Shown piece by piece: positions 1 to 10,464 of a stretch of 64,000 bases of DNA. Below the pieces are notes generated by a model. The model worked only from the letters and a program-made list of their open reading frames with translations. It had not been told where the DNA came from and ran no database searches. The translations under genes were made by a program, and so were the position numbers. Each line of letters starts with the position of its first letter. Positions within the stretch are counted from its first letter, which is position 1. The stretch is from Promethearchaeota archaeon (GTDB lineage: Archaea; Asgardarchaeota; Lokiarchaeia; Sigyniarchaeales; SOKP01): NCBI GenBank assembly GCA_018238625.1, contig JABCSY010000002.1:28097-92096 (forward strand), in the 5' to 3' direction.

Positions 1-180
1 TGTGGACAAAAAACTCGCTAATTCTACTATATTGAAAAAAATTCTTGTCGGCCAAATGACACATGATTTTAAAATCGCTGTATAATTTTTAATTATTAGG
101 AAATTAATTATTTATATTTTGAAATTAATAAATTTAATAATTTTTTGAAAATTTTATAAAGATAAAAAGGCGTTGTAAAA

Positions 181-1254
181 ATGACTTATCACATACAAGA
201 TGATATTACTGAAATAATTAATCGTCTTAGAAAAGATAACATTACATTTCAAGATAAAACTATTTTAGTAACTGGAGGCGCAGGATTCCTAGGTTCCTGG
301 GTATGCGATGTTCTAGTAAAACAAGGGGCATATTGCATATGTTTAGATAATTTATCTTCGGGGAGATTTGATAACATCTCTCAATTAATGGAAAAAGAAA
401 ATTTCCGTTTTATTAATCACGATGTATCTAAACCTATTTATTTTGGATTGACCCATCATCCAAACGGAATTTGCGTGGGCAATATTAATAGAATTGATAT
501 TGTTATGCATATGGCTAGCAGGGCGTCTCCATTTGAATTTAAAAGATTTCCAATTCCAATACTAAAAAGTAATACTCTTGGAACGATGAACGCTTTAGGT
601 ATTGCAAAAGCCCATAATGCGTTATTTTTCTATACAAGTACTTCGGAAGTGTATGGTAATCCTCCCGATGAAGCAATTCCGACACCTGAGACCTATTTTG
701 GGCACGTAAACCCCGTAGGTCCCAGAAGTTGTTACGATGAGTCTAAAAGGGCTGGAGAGGCTTTTGTCAAGGCGTATGAATTACAACACGGAATCAGAAC
801 GAAAGTAATAAGAATTTTTAACACTTCTGGACCAAGAATCAGATCTGGACCGGAGTTTGGAAGAGTTGTTCCAAATTTTATTCGTCAAGCGTTAAGCGAC
901 GAAGACATTACGATTTTTGGCGATGGTTCTCAAACTCGTTCTTTCATTTATGTTGTAGATGAGATTGAAGGAATTTTAAAGGTAGTTTATAAAGACGAAG
1001 CAATTGGAGAAGTTATTAATTTGGGTAACGATAAAGAATACACTATTTTACAATTAGCTAAAATAATAACAGAATTGACTAATTCTAATTCAGAAATTGT
1101 ATTCAAACCTTTGCCTATTGACGATCCTGTCAGAAGATCTGCTGATTTAAGAAAGGCAAAAAGAATTCTAAATTGGCAACCTACAACTTCTTTTAAAGAT
1201 GGGTTATTGAAAACAATAGCTTGGTTTAAAGATAATGTTCAAAATGAAAAATAA
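181..1254 (+). CDS. NAD-dependent epimerase/dehydratase, UDP-glucuronate decarboxylase-like
   Basis: GGAGFLG Rossmann motif, STSEVYG, YDESK catalytic motif, GDGSQTRSF. Confidence 0.9.
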   Translation: MTYHIQDDITEIINRLRKDNITFQDKTILVTGGAGFLGSWVCDVLVKQGAYCICLDNLSSGRFDNISQLMEKENFRFINHDVSKPIYFGLTHHPNGICVGNINRIDIVMHMASRASPFEFKRFPIPILKSNTLGTMNALGIAKAHNALFFYTSTSEVYGNPPDEAIPTPETYFGHVNPVGPRSCYDESKRAGEAFVKAYELQHGIRTKVIRIFNTSGPRIRSGPEFGRVVPNFIRQALSDEDITIFGDGSQTRSFIYVVDEIEGILKVVYKDEAIGEVINLGNDKEYTILQLAKIITELTNSNSEIVFKPLPIDDPVRRSADLRKAKRILNWQPTTSFKDGLLKTIAWFKDNVQNEK

Positions 1255-1759
1255 AGAAGCAAAAAAAAAAGTAACTAACAGTTACGAAGAATTTGATAAA
1301 CTTCTAAAAATTCTCTTAATTATCGGTATAATTGTTGTGTCTGGCTTTATAATTTATGCCGTATTATCTCCTAAATCAGGTTATTGGTATCTTGGTATTT
1401 TGAATTCTGACAAAAAAGCAGAAAACTACCCTACAAATGCTGCAGTTGATGAAAATATTACTTTTTATATTTCTGTTGGAAATTATTTAAATCGGGAATT
1501 TTCTTTCCATTTAGAAATTTTAAAGGGAAATAACGATACCGTACTAGGACCATTCCCCTCGATAAACGCAACCACATTTGTGAATTCGTCAACAATTACT
1601 CTACAGCATAGAGAGGTTTGGATTTCAAGTGCATTTAATGTTTCCTTTTCACAGGCTGGAGCGAATCAAACTATAATTGCGGAATTATGGGAAGTCCCAT
1701 CTGCAGGAATTAGAAGATTTTATGATGTGGTATATGTAAGATTAAATATTACTTCTTAA
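1244..1759 (+). CDS. DUF1616-like membrane-anchored protein
   Basis: One N-terminal TM helix, KAENYP motif, beta-rich C-terminal domain; overlaps the upstream stop. Confidence 0.6.
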   Translation: MKNKEAKKKVTNSYEEFDKLLKILLIIGIIVVSGFIIYAVLSPKSGYWYLGILNSDKKAENYPTNAAVDENITFYISVGNYLNREFSFHLEILKGNNDTVLGPFPSINATTFVNSSTITLQHREVWISSAFNVSFSQAGANQTIIAELWEVPSAGIRRFYDVVYVRLNITS

Positions 1760-1814
1760 CAATCGTGAAAATGAAATAAATCTTAATTGTAGCAATGAAT
1801 TAAATCGTGATAAT

Positions 1815-3191
1815 TTAATTTTTAGATCCAATAATTTGTACGTCTTTGACCCTTACATACGGGGCTTTAAAAGGCCCATATATTTTATAATCTCTTGATA
1901 CAGCATCAATATTTTTAAACAAATCCACTAAGTTTATTCCAAACATAGTTTCGTTTAAAGCTTGTTTTACTTCTCCATTTTTAATTACATTACCTTGGGA
2001 AATTAATCCACTAAAGTCCCCTGTAGCAATATTTGCCGAATCTCCTGTAGAATTTAAGAATATACCCTCTTTAACATCTTGTATTATTTCTTCTATAGAA
2101 GAAGTTCCAGTTTGCATAACGAAGTTTGAAATACCTATGGAGGGGACAGAACTAAAGGACCTTCTAGAGGCGTTCCCTGTGCTTTCAACGCCTTCCTTCC
2201 CTGCTGTATAGCTGTTGTGTAATAAGCCCGATTTCAAAAAAATTCCTTTTTCTATAATTTTTTTATTCTTGCAAGGAACGCCCTCTCCATCGAAATTACT
2301 AGATCCTACAGCACCATCTATCAATGCGTTATCTTCAAGAGTTAAATATTCAGAACCAATAACTTTTTCTCTCTTATCAACCAGAAAACTTCGTTTATAT
2401 TGAAATAATTCTGCGTTTATGGCGGAAGCAATTGGGTTTAAAATAAGATTTATAGTCCCTTTAGGAGATAAAATTACGGGCATCTTTTTAGTCTTAATTT
2501 TAATTCTATTAAGATTTCTTTTCGCGTTTTTTAAAGCTTCAATCGCGGTATTTGTTCCGTTAATATCCTTTAGTTTTCTTTTCATTTGGGATTCGTACCC
2601 ATTTGAAGTCTCTCCAGTACTTTTATTTTTTACAATAATGTTTGATGAAATTGAAAATACAGTTTCTTTTTCAAACACTTCGATATCGTTTGAATTGAAT
2701 ACATAGGAAGTATTGCAATTAGATGTGAAATCACCAGATTGAGAAATCGCTAAGTCATCGTCTTTACATACTTTAATCAATTCTTTAACATATTCAATTG
2801 AGTCTTCGATGGTTAATGTTTTTATACGGGTATCGTATAATTGTCTAATATTGGGATAAGATTTGTATTTTAATGGTAAATTTTGAAAGTTAGGATCGGC
2901 AGTGCCTACATTCATCATCTTTATGGCGTTTTTAATAATTTTTTCGATAATTCTTTTATTTAATTTATTTGTGAACGCAAACCCTAAAGAACCTCTTTTA
3001 TCGTAGATTCTAATCGAAACTCCATGGTCACTTCCTATTTCACTGAATTTTATTGAATTTTCTTCTAGTTCGATGTTGGTATATTCGTTCTTGCCAACGA
3101 ATATTTCTGCGCATTTAAAATTTGGAGCTTTTTTTTCGGCGATTTTTATCCCATAATTGGCAAGCTCAAAAATATCAATCGTATTATCCAT
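1815..3191 (-). CDS. pmbA: TldE/PmbA family protein
   Basis: FDGEG, STGNA, TGDFS motifs; no HExxxH; directly follows tldD. Confidence 0.85.
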   Translation of the reverse strand: MDNTIDIFELANYGIKIAEKKAPNFKCAEIFVGKNEYTNIELEENSIKFSEIGSDHGVSIRIYDKRGSLGFAFTNKLNKRIIEKIIKNAIKMMNVGTADPNFQNLPLKYKSYPNIRQLYDTRIKTLTIEDSIEYVKELIKVCKDDDLAISQSGDFTSNCNTSYVFNSNDIEVFEKETVFSISSNIIVKNKSTGETSNGYESQMKRKLKDINGTNTAIEALKNAKRNLNRIKIKTKKMPVILSPKGTINLILNPIASAINAELFQYKRSFLVDKREKVIGSEYLTLEDNALIDGAVGSSNFDGEGVPCKNKKIIEKGIFLKSGLLHNSYTAGKEGVESTGNASRRSFSSVPSIGISNFVMQTGTSSIEEIIQDVKEGIFLNSTGDSANIATGDFSGLISQGNVIKNGEVKQALNETMFGINLVDLFKNIDAVSRDYKIYGPFKAPYVRVKDVQIIGSKN

Positions 3192-4652
3192 TTAATTCAA
3201 TCCCCCTACGGTTATATTGTCGATTCTAATGTACGGCCCTCCATCACTTACACGAACGCTTTGACCGCCCTTGCCACATATTCCAGATGAAAAACCGAAT
3301 GTGTTTTTGTCACCAATAGCGGAAATTTTTTTTAAAACTTCTAAAATCATACCTGATAACGCAACATCTCTCATCAATTCTTGTTTTTCTCCATTTTTAA
3401 TTTTATAGGAAAATTTACATTTAAATTGGAAGTTTCCTGTGGTCGGATTCGTATAACCATACAAAAAGTCTTCACAAAGAATTCCGTTTTTCGTGTCTTG
3501 AATCATTTCATCGGCATTCCAGTCTTTTGGTTCGATGTAAGTAAATCCCATTCGAACTTGAGGCTTAGAAGAGCTAGATGAAGCTCTTCCATGGCCATTT
3601 GGAGGTACATTCATTCTAGAGGAGGTTTCTAAGTTATGTAAATAATTCTTGAACACTCCATTTTCAATTAGCACTGTTTTTTGGGAAGGTGTCCCTTCAT
3701 CGTCTACAAAAAAACTCCCAAATAACTCATATGGTAATCCAAAATTGGACCCTTGCCCCATTGAAGGATTATCCACTACATTAACATCGTCAGAAGCCAC
3801 TTCTTGACCAATTTTTCCTTCCAATATGCTTTCCTTGCTCAAAACCAAATCTGCTTCACACGCATGTCCAAGTGCTTCGTGAATTAAGGTTCCGGCAAGT
3901 TTAGGATCGGCTATAATCGTAAAATTTCCTCCAACCGGAGATTTTGCTTCTAATAATTTAATGGATTCTTCTGCTGTTTTAACGCTTAAATTTTCTGCTT
4001 TCTTTGTAGATAATATTTCGAATCCCCCCAAACCGCCGACAGAATTAATTGATCTTTGGATTACACCCCCCTGTTGGGAATAAACTATGTTCAACAAGCG
4101 TAAATATGAAAGATCCTGATAAATATTACTACCAAACGAGTTTATTAAAACATAGCTTTTAACGCCATCCATGTAAATCGTATGCGTATTTTTTACCTTT
4201 TTAGAATAAGTAGATGCAAGCTTTTCGTGATGTTTTACGAGAAGAATCTTTTCTTCAATATCTACATCTGCAAGCTTTCTCTTACTCTTAATTTTAAAGT
4301 TTTTTTTAATAGGATCAACTTCTTTGATTTTGAACTTGTGTTTTGATAAAGACTCTGTTAATTTAGCTAGCTTAATCGATTTCAAAAAGCTTGTTTTAAT
4401 TAAATCTTTGTTAAGATCTTTCAAGACATAAAATCCCCAACCTCCATTTACAAAAGTTCTTATTCCACAATTTGTAATTTCATAGGAAGAGATTTCTGTG
4501 CTTTTTTGATCCGTAAAATCTATAGTTGTTCCATTGCTTATCGTTGCCCTTATATCCCAATAATCTATCTGGTTTCCCGCTTCTTGAGTTAAGTGTTTTA
4601 TAAAATCGGTATCAAATAGCTTTAATTCGTCTTTAATCCCCATAGTATTCAC
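3192..4652 (-). CDS. tldD: TldD family metalloprotease
   Basis: HEALGHACEAD, DDEG, CGKGGQ..V.DGGP motifs. Confidence 0.9.
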   Translation of the reverse strand: MNTMGIKDELKLFDTDFIKHLTQEAGNQIDYWDIRATISNGTTIDFTDQKSTEISSYEITNCGIRTFVNGGWGFYVLKDLNKDLIKTSFLKSIKLAKLTESLSKHKFKIKEVDPIKKNFKIKSKRKLADVDIEEKILLVKHHEKLASTYSKKVKNTHTIYMDGVKSYVLINSFGSNIYQDLSYLRLLNIVYSQQGGVIQRSINSVGGLGGFEILSTKKAENLSVKTAEESIKLLEAKSPVGGNFTIIADPKLAGTLIHEALGHACEADLVLSKESILEGKIGQEVASDDVNVVDNPSMGQGSNFGLPYELFGSFFVDDEGTPSQKTVLIENGVFKNYLHNLETSSRMNVPPNGHGRASSSSSKPQVRMGFTYIEPKDWNADEMIQDTKNGILCEDFLYGYTNPTTGNFQFKCKFSYKIKNGEKQELMRDVALSGMILEVLKKISAIGDKNTFGFSSGICGKGGQSVRVSDGGPYIRIDNITVGGLN

Positions 4653-4760
4653 TCAATCACCGTATATGAATTATTAATTAAAATTTAATAGTATTATATT
4701 TAGAACTTTAAAAAGATTGAAGAGGAGAGGTTTAAATAATTTTATTTTTTAAAATAATTT

Positions 4761-5003
4761 TTATTTAATATCATCTTTTGGGTTAAGATAATAAAAAAGC
4801 GATTCTTTTTCTCCACTCATCTTTAGTTTCTTGATAGTTTTAATCGCTTCTTGGAGCGTTACCATCTTTGAAATTTTAACAGAATTTTTAAACTGAAACG
4901 ATCGATTACATTTCCAACATTTTTTTGATTTTAATATCTTTTTGCTATAAAACCATTCGCCACAGTGATAGCATCTAAAGAAGTAGAACTTTTGAATGTG
5001 CAT
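4761..5003 (-). CDS. DUF1922-like zinc-ribbon protein
   Basis: FRCYHCG and KKCWKC cysteine pairs. Confidence 0.6.
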   Translation of the reverse strand: MHIQKFYFFRCYHCGEWFYSKKILKSKKCWKCNRSFQFKNSVKISKMVTLQEAIKTIKKLKMSGEKESLFYYLNPKDDIK

Positions 5004-5192
5004 CTTAAGGTGATAATAAAAAAATTAATTTAAATTTCCAGTAAGGCTACTAGTTTTCTAACATACAAAGTAGTATATTTTGACATTGATAAAAAAAGGG
5101 TAAAATTAAATTTCCAATAGAAACTATTAATTCTATATAATTATATATATCGTATATATCAAAAATTTAAGATTTCTCAAGGTTAATTCAGA

Positions 5193-5855
5193 ATGAAGGA
5201 GATAAATGAGAAGGAGTTAAAAAAACTAAATATTGATGAATTAACGCACTTATTTGTCGATAACATAAACGAACAAAATTTGAAATTAATTGAAGGCATT
5301 GAATTTCTTGTCGAGGAAGATTTTAACAATTTCAAAAAAAACCTAAATTATGTCATTGAGACTAATACTGAAGTTCAAATCAAAAAAGCTTTTGAAGCTA
5401 AGATATTTAAATCTAAGCTAATGTTTTCAAAGGCAGATAGGCTAAAACTATTTAATAAAATTAACGATATCAAAAATATTGGAGAATTTTCTGCTAACAA
5501 AATGCTCCTTTATAGAGTTGTATTTCCTGATGAAGAGTTTAAACTCCAAGTACAGAAAATACTTAAATCATTAAAATTGATTTCAAATCAATTGACAGAC
5601 GCAATCAAATTTATTGGTTCTGATTTAACTAAAGCTCACGATGTCTGCGAAAATATCAAAGACGAAAGACGGAGGATGAGAAAAGAAGAGTGGCAACTTC
5701 TTAACCGTTTGTATAATTATGATATGGATTACTTATCAAGGACTTTCCTTTACTTGAAAGAATTAATAGAAGGCGTAATGAAGTTGGCTGACCACATCAA
5801 GAGTTTTTCAGAGTACATTCAATTTTTAGCAATAAAATATTTAATTTTCGATTAA
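5193..5855 (+). CDS. DUF47/PhoU-like phosphate transport regulator (divergent)
   Basis: All-helical, PhoU-like repeats; directly upstream of the Pit transporter. Confidence 0.65.
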   Translation: MKEINEKELKKLNIDELTHLFVDNINEQNLKLIEGIEFLVEEDFNNFKKNLNYVIETNTEVQIKKAFEAKIFKSKLMFSKADRLKLFNKINDIKNIGEFSANKMLLYRVVFPDEEFKLQVQKILKSLKLISNQLTDAIKFIGSDLTKAHDVCENIKDERRRMRKEEWQLLNRLYNYDMDYLSRTFLYLKELIEGVMKLADHIKSFSEYIQFLAIKYLIFD

Positions 5856-5876
5856 AATATAAAACTAGGATTTGAT

Positions 5877-6908
5877 ATGGCCGGCGACCTGACTTCAATT
5901 TTAGTTATCGTTTTAATTATTTTGGCGATCTCCCTCGCATTCGCTATAGGCGCTAATGACGAAACTTTATCTTCGTTAGTAGGAGCGGGAGTTCTAAAGT
6001 TTAAGGTTGCGTTATTAATTGGGGGAATTGCCGTCGGAGCTGGGATGTTCTCCTTTAGTTTTTCGTTTGTAGCAAAAACGGTAGGTTCTGACTTATTAGG
6101 AGAGGGTTTAACCTATACTACTTTTATGTTGTTAACTGTTTTAATAAGTAGTATAATTTGGCTAGTAATTGGGAGTTTCGCGGGAATTCCTTTAAGCAGC
6201 ACTCACTCGCTAATAGGAAGCATAGTTGGAGTTGTAATCGTGTATTCTTTTTTACAAGGAGGAGTAAATCCTGAAACGGCGTTTAATTGGGTTAAATTAG
6301 GTAATGTCGTTCTTGGTTGGTTTATATCGCCTGTGTTTGGCTTAATTATTACATATATGCTTTTTAAAATAATTGCTAAAACTTACTTATCTAAATTGAA
6401 AGGTTTGAATCAGATCGAGAAATCTGAAAAGAATTTCAAGTGGTTATTGTTAATTACAGTTATCTTTGCCGAGATATGGGTGGGGGCAAATTCGGGCGAA
6501 GCTTTAGGTATCCTTTACGGGTTATTGGATAATGGCTCGTTGAATATGGGGCAGTATTTATTCTACGCATTTATATGCGGGATCGCTTCTTGTATTGGAA
6601 TATATTTTGCCGCACGATACGTAATTAGAAACTTAGCGTCGCAAATGATTGATTCTCGACCGAGCGAAGGTTTAATTATTCAATTAAGTACTGCCTTAAT
6701 TTTGATGGTTGCTACATTATTAAGTTTACCAATATCTCATAGTCACGTCATCGTATTTTGCATAATTGGTATGGGTTTAGCTCAAAAAAAAGAAGTAGAT
6801 TATAAAGGATTAGGAAAAATGGGGATATATTGGGTTATTACCTTCCCAATAGCAGCGCTGCTTGCCGGATTTCTTTATTTTGGATTTAATTTTTTTGGAT
6901 TAAAATGA
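5877..6908 (+). CDS. Inorganic phosphate transporter, PiT family
   Basis: GAND motif, PLSSTHS and PISHSH repeats, multiple TM helices. Confidence 0.9.
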   Translation: MAGDLTSILVIVLIILAISLAFAIGANDETLSSLVGAGVLKFKVALLIGGIAVGAGMFSFSFSFVAKTVGSDLLGEGLTYTTFMLLTVLISSIIWLVIGSFAGIPLSSTHSLIGSIVGVVIVYSFLQGGVNPETAFNWVKLGNVVLGWFISPVFGLIITYMLFKIIAKTYLSKLKGLNQIEKSEKNFKWLLLITVIFAEIWVGANSGEALGILYGLLDNGSLNMGQYLFYAFICGIASCIGIYFAARYVIRNLASQMIDSRPSEGLIIQLSTALILMVATLLSLPISHSHVIVFCIIGMGLAQKKEVDYKGLGKMGIYWVITFPIAALLAGFLYFGFNFFGLK

Positions 6909-6971
6909 CGCTCTAAAAAAATATATATATATAAATATTATATATGCATTACAAAAAAAAGTAAAAAAAAT

Positions 6972-7664
6972 GTGATAAAAATGGGTTCATTAATAGAATT
7001 TTTAAAAAGAGAAACGGCTTTAAATGTTTTAGAAAAAACGATTAAACACGCGCAAATCGTTCAAGAATGCGTGAAAGAATTAGAAGTGGGGTTAAATTTA
7101 TTATTAAAAGAGAAAAATATCGAAAAAGCTAATAAAAATTTTCATAAAGTTGATCTTCTAGAAGACGATGCGGATAAATTAAGAAGGAAAATCCAAAGAG
7201 AAGTCTCTAAAGGTGAGTTAAACCCTAGCATAAGATTAAACTTATCACATTTAGTAAAAAGATTGGATGATGTAGCAAATTGTAGCACTGGCGTTGCTCG
7301 AAGAATTGTTACGATACCAATAAGTTTTTGGGAACAAAGTAGCGAAGAGACCCTTAGCATTGTCTTGAAAATAATTAAAACAACCGTAGAAGCAGTTGAA
7401 TATTTAGATAAGATCGTGATTGATTTAGTGGAAAAAAGGAAAAATGTGAAAGAGTACGCTAAACTAATAAATCAATACGAACACGAAGTAGACCTATTAA
7501 ATATTAAATTAAGAAAAAGCCTTCAAGAAACAGACTACAACGTAAATTTCTTTACAATTTTTACTGTCGGAAACATATTCGACATATTAGAAGCTATATC
7601 CGATTCTATTGAAGGCGTTGCCGATTATATTATGGTTCTTCTTACAAGTTCGAGCAGTCTTTAA
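6972..7664 (+). CDS. DUF47 family phosphate transport regulator
   Basis: LEDDADKLRR, EHEVD, ISDSIEGVAD motifs; adjacent to Pit. Confidence 0.85.
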   Translation: MIKMGSLIEFLKRETALNVLEKTIKHAQIVQECVKELEVGLNLLLKEKNIEKANKNFHKVDLLEDDADKLRRKIQREVSKGELNPSIRLNLSHLVKRLDDVANCSTGVARRIVTIPISFWEQSSEETLSIVLKIIKTTVEAVEYLDKIVIDLVEKRKNVKEYAKLINQYEHEVDLLNIKLRKSLQETDYNVNFFTIFTVGNIFDILEAISDSIEGVADYIMVLLTSSSSL

Positions 7665-7793
7665 GTCGTATTAAATTGCATAAGAACGAAATCAACATCA
7701 ATTTGTAAAAATTAGATTATAAAATTAAAAAATCAATTGCTAATCCTTTTAAAAAATAAAGAAAAATAATGAAAAATTCTTTCTAAATACTAC

Positions 7794-8687
7794 TTAATTT
7801 TGTGTATCAAAATTAAAACTGATATTTTTAAGGAGTTCTTTATACCTTGAGCGTAATGTGACTTCCGTAACGGAAATTACGCGCGAAATATCTTTCTGAC
7901 TCACTTTAACGTTTCTCAACTTCGCGACAAGATATATGGCGCCCGCACACAATCCTTTAGGATCCTTGCCAGATATCGACGTAGTTTTAATAAAATTTTG
8001 AAGTACGCGCATCGCCTCTTTTTCAACCTCGATCCCTAAATTCAAATCTGCGCAATAACGTGGAATGAGCGTTACCGGGTCAATATGCGATATTTTTAAA
8101 TTTAACTCCCGAACCAATATTTTATAGCACTTTTTTACTATGTTATCGTTAATTGAAGCTTCTGCTAAAATCTCTTGAAGAGTAATTGGTACTTTTTCGT
8201 CTTTACACGCGTAATAAGCGCACGCTGCAACCATACCATTAATTGACCTGCCTCTTAATAGTTGTCTCTTAAAAACTTCTTTATACAATCGTACTGCGGA
8301 TTTTTTTACTCTTTCAGGAAAATTTAAGTTGCCACCAATTCTTTTTAATTCGGTTATAGCCATTAACATGTTGCGTTTCTCCCAAGATAAGTGCGTATTC
8401 CATTTAGCAGCCCGCCTTAAATCTGGGTTTTTGATTTTAGTCCTATCAATAACAGTACTTAAGCCAATATCGGGCATTAAGATCGACATAGGAGATCCTG
8501 TACGTTCCTTTCTATCTTTTTCGTGTTTAGAATAGGCTCTAATTCCGCTATGGTTAATGTCTAAATTTCTCTCACCTACAACTAAACCACATTGTTGGCA
8601 GACGGTTTCCCCTCTTTCTAAAACATTGATTGTACTTCCCCCGCATTCGGGGCATAAATTTGCTAACACATCTATTTCTACGACCAT
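7794..8687 (-). CDS. tfb: Transcription initiation factor IIB (TFB)
   Basis: CPEC..CQQCG zinc ribbon, ERTG B-reader, GRS and GKDP cyclin repeats, TEVTLRSRYKEL. Confidence 0.95.
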   Translation of the reverse strand: MVVEIDVLANLCPECGGSTINVLERGETVCQQCGLVVGERNLDINHSGIRAYSKHEKDRKERTGSPMSILMPDIGLSTVIDRTKIKNPDLRRAAKWNTHLSWEKRNMLMAITELKRIGGNLNFPERVKKSAVRLYKEVFKRQLLRGRSINGMVAACAYYACKDEKVPITLQEILAEASINDNIVKKCYKILVRELNLKISHIDPVTLIPRYCADLNLGIEVEKEAMRVLQNFIKTTSISGKDPKGLCAGAIYLVAKLRNVKVSQKDISRVISVTEVTLRSRYKELLKNISFNFDTQN

Positions 8688-8770
8688 TTTAATATACCTC
8701 TTTTCAAACCATGTAAAATTTATCTTTTTTTAAATTTTTTTTTCGTTCTCCTAATTTTCATAGGAATTAA

Positions 8771-8841
8771 TTGATAACAAAAATTATTTTTTGTACACAT
8801 AATATTTTGATTGTTATCACAAATTATACTTCTTACATATT
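8771..8841. promoter_or_regulatory. Candidate operator: TGATAACAA inverted repeat plus CTTACATATT
   Basis: TTGATAACAA at 8771-8780, its inverse TTGTTATCA at 8811-8819, CTTACATATT at 8832-8841; both motifs recur at 10351-10360 and 10414-10423. Confidence 0.3.
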
Positions 8842-9225
8842 TAAACATTACGATTTTAATTCAAAAATTTACTAATAACAGCAACAAATTTTTTTTTTAT
8901 AACGAATTCAATTTTTTTCTGTGAAAAAAACGAATTTGAATATAAATATTTTTAATGGGATTAAAAATCTATATAATATCGATATATACCATAAATTAAG
9001 ATTCTTTTTTGTTGGGATTTGATTTTTTGATTTTCTTACCAAGGAATTATTTTGGAATGTAGAAATCTGTTAACATTTCATTTTTTTCGTAAGTTAACGC
9101 GACTTAAATTACTCAAAAAAAAATAGTTGCTTAAGTGTGAGCAAAAAATTTCTATTTAGATAATATTAAATAATACTTCTTTCACTAATTTTTTGGTACA
9201 AATCGTGTTTTAAGGTGAAATATTA

Positions 9226-10269
9226 ATCACGGAAAAACGTAGAAGCTCGAACAAATCGGAAGATGGGTCAAAAAAAGGAGACCACAATTCAAAAACTGAG
9301 AAAGAGCAACCTGAAATTAATAAGGGGGGCAAAACTGAAAAAAACGGCGATAGTCCTCGAATGACTAAAAAAGAAATTGAAAACCTTGATTTGAACGATG
9401 AAAAAATTAAGCGTCTCATGGAAAAATACAAGAGAGAAACGGGTAAATACGTGATTTGGCGGGGGACTGTAACAGAGGGCTTTAAAAAATGGTTAAAAGG
9501 CGAGAAAATATATACACGAGATAAAGAAAGAATATCTTTATATGTAGCTGACGACACTAAGGATGAGTGGCAAGAATTCATTAACATAAACAAAGATGAT
9601 TTTCCTACTTTTTCTGAACTAATAAGGCAGAGCGTCAAGTCGTTTATTGAAGACTCTAGTAAAGTTTCGAGCGAATTATCAAAACTTAACCCAAAAACAA
9701 TATCCAACATATCTCACGCGTTAAAAGAACCGCTAACTTCTATTAAAGGGTACTCTCAATTATTGCTTGAGAGCGAAGATTATAAAGGTAAATTGAGCAA
9801 TCATGTAAAAGAAACTGTGAAAAATATCTTTGATCAAAGCAATTTGTTAGAAAATATTATAAAGAATTTCTTAGACAACATCAAACCCGATAGTTCTCCA
9901 TACGATATTTTATTAATTGAAGACGATTTAGCGACAATTCGATTGATCACCAGTTATTTTGATAGTAAAAAATACAAGTGTAAGGGTGTAGTTAGCGGAG
10001 CGAAAGGGTTAGAAGAACTACGAAGAACCACCCCTAAAGTCATTTTATTAGACATAATCTTACCAGACTTAAGTGGGTACGATATTTGTAAAACCATAAA
10101 AACTGATAACTCTTTTAAAAAAATTCCTGTGTACTTTCTTACGGCCATTTCGGCGTCTGAGGTAAAAAAACATGTTGAAGAAACAAAAGTAGATGGGTTT
10201 ATTCTTAAACCTTTTAACTTTTCTGATTTTGACGTTATTTTTAAAATATTAAATGGAAGAGCAAAATAA
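9226..10269 (+). CDS. RHH-like + HisKA + receiver domain protein (no HATPase)
   Basis: ERISLYV..SELIRQSV (RHH-like), SHALKEPLTSIKG (H-box), LIEDD/LLDIILP/LTA/LKPF (REC). Frame is open back to ATC 9226 after AGGTGA; first ATG is at 9361. Confidence 0.75.
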   Translation: MTEKRRSSNKSEDGSKKGDHNSKTEKEQPEINKGGKTEKNGDSPRMTKKEIENLDLNDEKIKRLMEKYKRETGKYVIWRGTVTEGFKKWLKGEKIYTRDKERISLYVADDTKDEWQEFININKDDFPTFSELIRQSVKSFIEDSSKVSSELSKLNPKTISNISHALKEPLTSIKGYSQLLLESEDYKGKLSNHVKETVKNIFDQSNLLENIIKNFLDNIKPDSSPYDILLIEDDLATIRLITSYFDSKKYKCKGVVSGAKGLEELRRTTPKVILLDIILPDLSGYDICKTIKTDNSFKKIPVYFLTAISASEVKKHVEETKVDGFILKPFNFSDFDVIFKILNGRAK

Positions 10270-10464
10270 TTAGAGTCAAATTCTCCTGTAAAAATCCTTA
10301 ATTATATGAGAAATTATTGCTTACATTTAGAGATAAAATATTATAGATTACTTACATATTAAAAAAAAAAAAACAATGTTTATTTTTTGTAAAAAATTAC
10401 TTTTATGTAATATTTGATAACAAAGTTAGAATTTTTTATAATTAGTAAATATTTACGGTAAATT

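Noticed and set aside
1-90. Possible gene fragment at the window edge
   Set aside because: Open frames exist on both strands; too short to choose or name
430-490. Hairpin TTTGGAT/ATCCAAA inside an apparent insertion in the epimerase gene, considered as a second mRNA intron
   Set aside because: No central helix or bulges in BHB register, and no stop or frameshift
9210-9710. 166-aa minus-strand ORF
   Set aside because: Antisense shadow of the RHH-HisKA-REC gene
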